A stretch of 64,000 nt of DNA, taken from contig OY970062.1 in assembly GCA_963705245.1 (NCBI GenBank), positions 557,421-621,420 on the forward strand, written 5' to 3'. The DNA is from an uncultured Solirubrobacterales bacterium. GTDB lineage: Bacteria > Actinomycetota > Thermoleophilia > Solirubrobacterales > Solirubrobacteraceae. Below the pieces are notes generated by a model. That model was not told where the DNA came from. It ran no database searches and saw nothing but the letters and a program-made list of their open reading frames with translations. Each line of letters begins with the position of its first letter. Positions within the stretch are counted from its first letter, which is position 1. Position numbers and translations under genes: made by a program. This document shows positions 9,052-17,410 of this stretch, in pieces.

Positions 9052-9333
9052 TTACTCACCGAGTGAGAAGAGAGCTTCCAGGTCATGACGAGAGAACGCC
9101 GCGAACGCGACCATCGTCTGGGTTCGCGCCACGCCTGGCAGGCCGCCGATCTCGCCAGTGACGACCTGCGCCAATTGCTCGTGATCGGGGATGCGGACGA
9201 TCGCGACAAAGTCCCACTCGCCGGTCACCGAGTAGGCCTCGGCGACCCCCTCGATATCGGCGAGCGCGCCACCGAGCGTCGAAAGCGCGTCGCGCTCGGC
9301 CTCGATCAGAACGACGGCATTGGTCATCGTCAT
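9052..9333 (-). CDS. Stand-alone Lrp/AsnC ligand-binding (RAM) domain protein
   Basis: IEGVAEAYSVTGEWDFVAIV...GVARTQTMVAF; ATG overlaps the TGA of the upstream hydrolase. Confidence 0.85.
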   Translation of the reverse strand: MTMTNAVVLIEAERDALSTLGGALADIEGVAEAYSVTGEWDFVAIVRIPDHEQLAQVVTGEIGGLPGVARTQTMVAFAAFSRHDLEALFSLGE

Positions 9334-10016
9334 GGCGAGCTGTGGTGGCTCTCTCCGGGCGCGAGCACGACCACCTCGGAACTGCCGTCCGCCTCGACAT
9401 CGGACTTGAACGCTTGGACGTCTGTCTCGATCGGCGGGAACGTGTCGTAGTGACAGGGAATGATCTGCTTTGCGCCGATCAGCTTGGCGGCCTGCACCGC
9501 GTCGTGGCGATCCATCGTGTAATGGCCGCCGATGCACATCAGTGCGATGTCGATCGGGCCATTGCTCTCGGCGATCAGCTGCAGATCGGAGAACAGGGCG
9601 GTGTCGCCGAGGTGATAGATCGTAGTGCCAGCGAATCGGACGATCAGCCCAGCAGGCACGTTTGCTGTGCCTTTGGGTGTCGTCGAGGTGTGCCAAGCGG
9701 GCACGAGCTTCACCGAACCCCAGCTGAACGAGACGGTCCCTCCGAGATTGGGATCGTAGACATGCTCGACACCGTCCTCGGAAAGCTCGTTCGCAATCTC
9801 CACGATCGCCACCACATCCGACCCGGCCCGAGTCGCGATCGAGACCGTGTCGCCAATGTGGTCGCCATGGCCATGCGTCAGCAGAATCGCCTGCGGGCTG
9901 AGCTCCTCCGCGGAAACGGCCGCCTTTGGATTGCCCGTCAGGAACGGGTCGATCAGCACGGATACAGATCCGTCGCTTAGCTCGAATGCCGCATGGCCTA
10001 GGAAGCGGATCTCCAT
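9330..10016 (-). CDS. Metallo-beta-lactamase-fold hydrolase (UPF0173)
   Basis: LGHA, IDPFLTGNP, THGHGDH, HLGDT, IGGHYTM and PCHYDTF. Confidence 0.9.
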   Translation of the reverse strand: MEIRFLGHAAFELSDGSVSVLIDPFLTGNPKAAVSAEELSPQAILLTHGHGDHIGDTVSIATRAGSDVVAIVEIANELSEDGVEHVYDPNLGGTVSFSWGSVKLVPAWHTSTTPKGTANVPAGLIVRFAGTTIYHLGDTALFSDLQLIAESNGPIDIALMCIGGHYTMDRHDAVQAAKLIGAKQIIPCHYDTFPPIETDVQAFKSDVEADGSSEVVVLAPGESHHSSP

Positions 10017-10143
10017 AGTGCTCGCTCTCCTGTGTCGTGGGTGATGGCGTCGGGTAGATGACTGCGTCAGACAACATCATGATAAGAGCCACTGCGGGGA
10101 CGGTGGGTCGATCGTCTGAAACCGGCCCGGAGCTTGGGGTCGG

Positions 10144-10959
10144 CTACAGCTCGGGCGGGTCGATCAGGTGCATGCCCAGCCCCAGGATCAGGCCCACGAT
10201 CCCTCCTACGACCCCCGCCGTCCAGCTGGCCTCGGGCCGAGCGTAGGGCACCAGCAGCAGGGTTGCGGCGATGGCGCCGGCGCCGAGCAAGTCCCCGTCG
10301 TAGTAGTACCCACGACGCGCCGCTTCGAGATCCGGGATCGCCCAAGCGGCGATCAGCGCGAGCGCCGCCCCGTTAGCCCCGCTGACGATCGGCTCGACGT
10401 AGAGAGCGCTCGCCGCCAATGCGCCGGTGACGGCGCCACCAAAGAACACGGCAAGCACAACCGCCGGTCCCCGGCGGCGCTCGAGCAACCAGCCAAAGAT
10501 CGCGATCGCGAGGAAGCAGACAAACGCATAGAGGCCGTCGAGATAGGCGAACGGGCTCGAGAACAGCTTCCACCAGTCGCCATGCAGCGGGCCGAGGATT
10601 GCGAGCTTGTAGAAGCCTGTATATCCACCGCGGACAGCCACCCAGCCAGCGCAGCCGATCGCTACGAGAGCGATCGTCGCGTATGGGGATGAGTCGATCC
10701 GGATGGATGCCCGCCGCCGGGGAGTGCGCCCACGGCGCGCGTGCGTATGGGCGGAGGACGGCGTGCGAGCAAAGCGACCAAATGTCCCCAGGCGCGCGAG
10801 CCGCCGCAGAGCCGAGCCTCGACTCTTGACCCGCGGCAACTTGGGCGCACGGCTGCGCAACCGCCCGCCGCAATAGGGGCACTCGGTTATGTACGGGCTG
10901 ACCTCCGACCCGCACTGCTTGCACACGACGAACAGGTCGGGGCCGGGAGGCATCGTCAT
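10144..10959 (-). CDS. Zinc-ribbon plus rhomboid-family membrane protein, catalytic residues absent
   Basis: CKQC...CPYC at the N-terminus; WWKLFSSPF and FGWLLERRRG rhomboid pattern; GANG where GxSG is expected. Confidence 0.75.
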   Translation of the reverse strand: MTMPPGPDLFVVCKQCGSEVSPYITECPYCGGRLRSRAPKLPRVKSRGSALRRLARLGTFGRFARTPSSAHTHARRGRTPRRRASIRIDSSPYATIALVAIGCAGWVAVRGGYTGFYKLAILGPLHGDWWKLFSSPFAYLDGLYAFVCFLAIAIFGWLLERRRGPAVVLAVFFGGAVTGALAASALYVEPIVSGANGAALALIAAWAIPDLEAARRGYYYDGDLLGAGAIAATLLLVPYARPEASWTAGVVGGIVGLILGLGMHLIDPPEL

Positions 10960-11052
10960 CTCATTCTAAGGACCCCGCCGCCGTGGTCCGTACTCCCCGC
11001 CCGATCGGCAGGTTCGAGACCGGCACGAGCCCGCCCGTGAAATACTCAGGCA

Positions 11053-11982
11053 ATGAAACCAGGATATGACCAGAAGCTGTACATACTCGCGTTCGACCAT
11101 CGTGGATCGTTCCAGAAGAAGTTCTTCGGCATCGAGGGGAACCCGGACGCCGAGCAGACGGCGATGATCGCCGACGCCAAGCACCTGATCTTCGAGGGTC
11201 TCTCGCAAGCCGTCCTAGCGGGAGCTGACCCGTCGGTGACGGGAGTGCTCGTGGACGAGCAGTTCGGCTCGACTGTGCCCGAGGAGACGCACGCCGGTGG
11301 CTTGAAGCTGGCGATGCCCGCCGAGCGCTCGGGTCAGAACATGTTCGACTTCCAGTACGGAGACGAGTTCGGCAAGCACATCGAGCGGTTCGACCCTGAT
11401 TTCACAAAGGTCCTCGTGCGCTACAACCCCGATGGGGACGCCGCTGGCAACCGCGATCAGCTGGCCAAGCTCAAGCGGCTGTCCGACTGGCTTGTGGAGC
11501 ACGAGCGCAAGTTCCTATTCGAGCTGCTCGTACCCGCCGAGGATGCCCAGCTGCAAGCGGTCGGGGGCGACACCGACCGTTACGACGCCGAGCTGCGTCC
11601 GGAGCTGATGAGGCGCACGATCGCCGAGATCCAGGACGCCGGGATCGAGGTGGACATCTGGAAGATCGAGGGCGTGGACGCGCGTTCGGACTGTGAGATG
11701 CTCGTAGCCCAAGCTCGCACGGGCGAAGATCGCGAGGACGTGGTGTGCGTAGTGCTGGGCCGTGGCGCCAACGACGCCAAGGTCGATCACTGGCTGGCAC
11801 AAGCCGCAGCAGTGGAGGGGTTCGTCGGCTTCGCGATCGGTCGCTCGATCTGGTGGGATCCGCTGAAAGCGTATGTCGAGGGCAAGATCGAACGCTCGGC
11901 AGGCGCTCGACAGATCGCCGAGAACTACTTGCGGTTCATCAAGGTCTACGAGCGCGCTGAGACAGAGGCTCCGGTCGGCTGA
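11053..11982 (+). CDS. DUF2090/IolC C-terminal-like class I aldolase domain protein
   Basis: LAFDHRGSF, KVLVRYNP, FLFELLVP, IWKIEG, VLGRG and GFAIGRSIW. Confidence 0.8.
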   Translation: MKPGYDQKLYILAFDHRGSFQKKFFGIEGNPDAEQTAMIADAKHLIFEGLSQAVLAGADPSVTGVLVDEQFGSTVPEETHAGGLKLAMPAERSGQNMFDFQYGDEFGKHIERFDPDFTKVLVRYNPDGDAAGNRDQLAKLKRLSDWLVEHERKFLFELLVPAEDAQLQAVGGDTDRYDAELRPELMRRTIAEIQDAGIEVDIWKIEGVDARSDCEMLVAQARTGEDREDVVCVVLGRGANDAKVDHWLAQAAAVEGFVGFAIGRSIWWDPLKAYVEGKIERSAGARQIAENYLRFIKVYERAETEAPVG

Positions 11983-12022
11983 GCATGACGGCAGCCAGCC
12001 AAGCAGCGGTCGGGGTGGACTC

Positions 12023-12262
12023 ATGAAAATGCGCCAGAGTCTGGCTGAGCTCGAGCATGCTTTCGCAAAAGAGATCTCGCTCGACCGTCATCGTCGTGCA
12101 TCCCTGCGACGCACGACCGAGCAGCGCGCGGCCAAACGCGAGGTCGATCGCCGTCACAAGCGCGGCTCAGTCCGGTTTGTGCTGCTCGTGCTGACACTGA
12201 TCATGACCGCAGCGATCGTCACCGTGATTATGTTTCGCACGCTCTACCTGCTGCTCGGTTAG
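12023..12262 (+). CDS. Small hypothetical membrane protein
   Basis: 79 aa; basic helix plus C-terminal hydrophobic segment; GGGGTGG SD-like sequence upstream. Confidence 0.6.
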   Translation: MKMRQSLAELEHAFAKEISLDRHRRASLRRTTEQRAAKREVDRRHKRGSVRFVLLVLTLIMTAAIVTVIMFRTLYLLLG

Positions 12263-12287
12263 AGCTCGAGAAGCCGCTGAGCGGGCT

Positions 12288-12400
12288 CGATCCCTTCGTC
12301 CTCAGACCCGATCGCTTCGCCCTAGCAGATTGACTTCGTCCTAACGATCGCCTCGTCCTCAAGCCCGATCGCTTCGTCCTAACGATCGCTTCGTCCTAAG
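12288..12400 (-). repeat. Six 17-21-bp repeats, minus-strand consensus AGGACGAAGCGATCG, downstream of csrA
   Basis: AGGA at plus positions 12299, 12339, 12356, 12377 and 12394; AGGG variant at 12320; CGATCG at 12309, 12345, 12366 and 12383. Confidence 0.9.
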
Positions 12401-12436
12401 TTGCTCGCGTGCGCAGCACGCCATGAGGGGCGGTCA

Positions 12437-12476
12437 GGCGTCTCAACATGGAGGAGCAGGGGGGCGTCTCAACATG
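12437..12476. repeat. Direct repeat GGCGTCTCAACATG, two copies 26 bp apart
   Basis: 12437-12450 and 12463-12476. Confidence 0.8.
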
Positions 12477-12529
12477 AGGGGTAGGCGAGCATCTCAAACC
12501 TTGCCTCGCTTGCCCATCGACAGCCCGGT

Positions 12530-12793
12530 TCAGCTGTCCCCGAGCTCATGCAGCGCGTCGCCCACCTCGGTCCGGGGGTCCTTGTTCGGTGCAGTTGCAG
12601 GAACACCGCCCGCGGGACGATGCTCGGCATCGTCGCGGTGGATCTCAAGGTAGATCTCTGTGCGAAAAACTGGGATGTCCTGGGGCGCCTGGATGCCAAT
12701 ACGTACCTTGTCGCCCATCACGGACAGCACCGATACCTCGATGTCGTCCCCGATCATGATGCTTTGGTTGGACTTGCGTGTCAGCACCAACAT
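12530..12793 (-). CDS. csrA: Carbon storage regulator CsrA
   Basis: MLVLTRKSNQSIMIGDDIEVSV...KVRIGIQAP...VFRTEIY; AGGAAGG SD; start at ATG 12793. Confidence 0.95.
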   Translation of the reverse strand: MLVLTRKSNQSIMIGDDIEVSVLSVMGDKVRIGIQAPQDIPVFRTEIYLEIHRDDAEHRPAGGVPATAPNKDPRTEVGDALHELGDS

Positions 12794-12946
12794 GGTGCAC
12801 ACCTTCCTCTTGGCCGGCGGGCATTTGACGGGATTGGGCCCCGGCAACGCCGGTCAGGCAAGCATAGTCGTAGGGACGGTCGAAAGCGAGTCCGACGCGT
12901 CCCGTCTCGCCGCGGGTACGTCATGCGCTAGTCTCCCGGACCGTCC

Positions 12947-13501
12947 ATGGCTCGCAAATCTCTGCGCCCACACCTGAACCAGATTCGTGCATGGGTACGG
13001 CAAGGCCGTACCGATGCCTGGGTCGCGCACCAGCTCGAGGTCACCGTCCGTGACATCGAGCAGTTCAAGCGCCAGAACGAGCTTGTCAGCGACGGCGAGC
13101 CCACCGAGGGAGCGGCCGCAGCAGGGTACCCCGACGAAGTCGATCTCAGAGCCGAGGACGATGCGCTGATCGCGGCTGAGCTGGAAGCCGCTGAAGCCAA
13201 GGCTGCCCAAGAGGAGGCCGATCGCGGTAAGACCGAGGACGAAGCGCAGGAGGACGAGGCCTCGCCCGCTCCTACTCGTCGCCGAGGGCGGCGCGGAGGG
13301 CGTAGACGCGGCTCTGCACGGAGCAGCGCCGGCCCTCTGGAGGGCACGTTCGACCACGGCGAGGAGGGGTACGGCCTATGGTTGGATCCCGCAATCCAGG
13401 ACAACCCGGTATATGCCGAGCACTGGGCCGGTCATCGGCCGGTCGAGGTGACGATCGAAGAGGATCGCATCGTGATTCGCCGCACGGGCGAGGACGACTA
13501 A
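12947..13501 (+). CDS. Hypothetical protein with HTH-like N-terminus, acidic linker and RRRGRRGGRRR patch
   Basis: 184 aa; typical coding composition; divergent from csrA. Confidence 0.7.
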   Translation: MARKSLRPHLNQIRAWVRQGRTDAWVAHQLEVTVRDIEQFKRQNELVSDGEPTEGAAAAGYPDEVDLRAEDDALIAAELEAAEAKAAQEEADRGKTEDEAQEDEASPAPTRRRGRRGGRRRGSARSSAGPLEGTFDHGEEGYGLWLDPAIQDNPVYAEHWAGHRPVEVTIEEDRIVIRRTGEDD

Positions 13502-13548
13502 GCGGATTGGCCAAATCCATCGGGGTGGTGGTGGTTGGCAGTGCCCCT

Positions 13549-13872
13549 CTAGGCCTTGACCTCACGGCGCCCTCCGGCATAGTCGGAGGCCTCGCGCAGA
13601 TAGCGGGCGAACGCGGCATCGACCACCACGCTGGAATCCCACGCCCAGGGATCATCAGGAGCGGCCTGCATGGCAGTCTGCATGCACCAGCCAGTTCCGG
13701 CTTCGTACAAGTCGGCAAGCTCTTGCGCCGAGAATCTGCCGCCGAGTCGCCGACGCAGCTCTGAGACGAGTACCGCGACGACGTGCTCGAGCAGTTGGGT
13801 GCGCTCGGATGAGGCATCGCGCAGGCGGCGCTCGCCTCGGCGCCACTGATAGATCGCGTTCTCGAACGACAC
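13549..13872 (-). CDS. Hypothetical protein
   Basis: 107 aa; TAGCCT -10-like hexamer just before the GTG start. Confidence 0.65.
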   Translation of the reverse strand: MSFENAIYQWRRGERRLRDASSERTQLLEHVVAVLVSELRRRLGGRFSAQELADLYEAGTGWCMQTAMQAAPDDPWAWDSSVVVDAAFARYLREASDYAGGRREVKA

Positions 13873-14016
13873 CGGCCGAGGCTAGCAGCGGTACAGCAAC
13901 AGGCTCAGCGTAAGGAGTCTGCCTGTGGCGGTCCTGGGTCGAGCGAAACTGGTCTTGCTCAACTGCCCGATGTTGCGTGCCGCCGCTGCCCGGCGATACA
14001 TGCCGGGGCAATCGAA

Positions 14017-14042
14017 ATCCTGCGATCTCCGATCGTCAGGAT
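14017..14042 (-). terminator. Hairpin downstream of ftsB
   Basis: ATCCTG-CGATC-tcc-GATCG-t-CAGGAT. Confidence 0.4.
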
Positions 14043-14074
14043 AAGCACCCGTAAAGCGCCGTCGGCTACCCCGG

Positions 14075-14416
14075 TCAGTTCTCGGGTAGGCCGGTCACTA
14101 CATAAGGCTGCTCGCCCGCGTGCATCAGGCCCAGCCTGCGTGCCTCCTCTTCGACGGTCCCACGCCGGCCGAGCGCTTCGTGCTGACGTTGCAGCAGCGC
14201 ATGTTCGCGCTCCAGCACCGCGACCTGAGCGCTGTCGCTGCGCGCCTCGCGCCACGTGGAGAAGATGCGGATGCCTGCGCTCAGGTAAAGGTAAGCAAGC
14301 GCAATCAACAGACACAGCATCGCGATACGTCCAAGCCTGTCCCAGCGTACGCGTGCGACAGGACTCCTCGCGTTGACCGACCGAGGACGTGCCGTGGATG
14401 CGGGAGCACTTGCCAT
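14075..14416 (-). CDS. ftsB: Septum formation initiator FtsB/DivIC
   Basis: Transmembrane helix, coiled coil and EEEARRLGLMHAGEQPY; canonical position after eno; GGAG SD before ATG 14416. Confidence 0.85.
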   Translation of the reverse strand: MASAPASTARPRSVNARSPVARVRWDRLGRIAMLCLLIALAYLYLSAGIRIFSTWREARSDSAQVAVLEREHALLQRQHEALGRRGTVEEEARRLGLMHAGEQPYVVTGLPEN

Positions 14417-14487
14417 CTGCTCCCGCATTCGCCTCCGCTCGTACGATCCCTGCACACTGCGTCATCACGCTGACATCTGCAAAGGAA

Positions 14488-14700
14488 TATGCCCACCATC
14501 GGCACGCCTGCCTACCCACCACCGGCTCGGCGCGCTCTGCCCACCACCAGCACGCTCTCTGCCCACCACCAGCACGCTCTCTGCCCACCACCAGCACGCT
14601 CTCTGCCCACCACCAGCACGCCCTGCCAACCACCAGGCACGGCACGCTCCCGCCCATCATCGGCACGGCACGCTCCCGCCTACCACCAGCACGCTCCCGC
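14488..14700. repeat. 22-bp tandem repeat array between eno and ftsB
   Basis: GCCCACCACCAGCACGCTCTCT x3 exact at 14539-14604, with degenerate copies on both sides. Confidence 0.92.
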
Positions 14701-14705
14701 AGCGG

Positions 14706-16082
<1,377 letters not shown>

Positions 16083-16097
16083 TCATACCAGCCGGTG

Positions 16098-17303
16098 CTA
16101 TTTGGTCGTCGTCGTGGCAGGCGTAGAGGTCGTCTGCTGTGGCGGCGTGCTTGTCTGCGGCGGGGATTCAGTTCCCGGGGTTGCCGTGGAGGTCGTCTTT
16201 GGTTTTTTGTAACCCTCGCAGTCCTGCACGACATAGCCACTACGGCATTCGGTTTTGCCTTCCCACTTTTTGCGGAATTCTTTGACGAACTTGCTCAGTG
16301 CCTGTTGCTGTTGCTGGGCCGTCAGCTGCTGCCTGATCGAGGCCTGCGCCTGCGCCAACGTCTGCTGACTCCCGGTGGTGGTGCCAGTCACTTCGTAGAT
16401 GTAGTAGCCAAACGGCGTCTTCACGGGCCCGCTGAGCACATTCTTCTGGGCCGAGAAGATGGCTTCGTCGAGTGCCTTCTCCTCCTGGCCCTTGACCACG
16501 CCTGTAAGTACGCCACCTTTGGCCTTGCTCGTCGGGTCGATCGAGACGCTCTTAGCTACAGACGCAAAGCTCTTGCCCGATTCGATTTCCTGCTTGGCCT
16601 TCTTTGCCTCGGCTTCGGTCTTGGTGAGGATGATCTTCACGTTGCGCTTTTCGGGCGTCCCGAACTGTGACTTGTGTTCGTTGAAGTACTTGTTGATCTG
16701 CGCCTGGGTGACGGTGCCTTTCTGTTTGGCGACCTTCTGCTGAATTTTCGAGGACAGCAGGTTGAGCTTGACGCGCAGCAGCAGATCCGAGACGGTCTGA
16801 CCGGATGTAGCAAGAAATTTCTGGAATTCAGCTGGCTTGGGGAACTGCTGGTTCTTGATCTGTTCGAACTGCTTCTTGACTTCCGCGTCGCTCACTTTGA
16901 CGCCTTGGCTTTCGGCTTCGCCGAGGACCCACGCCGAAGAGATCAAGAAGCCAAGCACCTCTTGCTGGAGCGACTGATACTGCTGTTCGCACTGAGCCTT
17001 CAGCTGGGCCGTGGTGGGCTTGGACTGGCCCTTGGCCGGTTTCGCCGTGGTGGCTTCCAGATGGGCGATGCACGCGGAATAGGTGGGCGGGTCGGGAGCG
17101 ACCGGTTTGGCCCCGCTCGTTCCAGTCGTGGCACTCGAGGCGGCGGCAACCGACAGCCAGTGTTCGAACGTAGATTTGGTGATCGGATTGCCGCCGACCT
17201 GCACGACCGCGTTGCTGGGGATGCCCCCACCACACGCGGACAGGCCGACGATGGCAAAGAAAACGGCGCCGAGCGCCGAGATAAAGCGGAAGTGCTTGGA
17301 CAC
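16098..17303 (-). CDS. prsA: PrsA-like foldase lipoprotein (parvulin PPIase)
   Basis: Lipobox LSAC; FASVAKSVSID...GG and GPVKTPFGYYI. Confidence 0.85.
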   Translation of the reverse strand: MSKHFRFISALGAVFFAIVGLSACGGGIPSNAVVQVGGNPITKSTFEHWLSVAAASSATTGTSGAKPVAPDPPTYSACIAHLEATTAKPAKGQSKPTTAQLKAQCEQQYQSLQQEVLGFLISSAWVLGEAESQGVKVSDAEVKKQFEQIKNQQFPKPAEFQKFLATSGQTVSDLLLRVKLNLLSSKIQQKVAKQKGTVTQAQINKYFNEHKSQFGTPEKRNVKIILTKTEAEAKKAKQEIESGKSFASVAKSVSIDPTSKAKGGVLTGVVKGQEEKALDEAIFSAQKNVLSGPVKTPFGYYIYEVTGTTTGSQQTLAQAQASIRQQLTAQQQQQALSKFVKEFRKKWEGKTECRSGYVVQDCEGYKKPKTTSTATPGTESPPQTSTPPQQTTSTPATTTTK

Positions 17304-17410
17304 GACGCGGGCACTCTAGCGGAAAGTGCGACTCCCGTGTTTAAGGAGTTCCTGAAGACGCCCCGACCGTCGCTCTTGTCAGAGCCAAAACCTATCCCTG
17401 CGGGCCATCC

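Noticed and set aside
9334-10092. Long N-terminal extension of the Lrp/AsnC ORF (346 aa in the track)
   Set aside because: Overlaps the MBL hydrolase in another frame; ATG 9333 overlaps that gene's TGA, giving a 93-aa protein
14488-14700. Possible CRISPR array
   Set aside because: Units abut without unique spacers, the unit is 22 bp and non-palindromic, and no cas genes are present; the same applies to 3781-4020, 8198-8398 and 12288-12400
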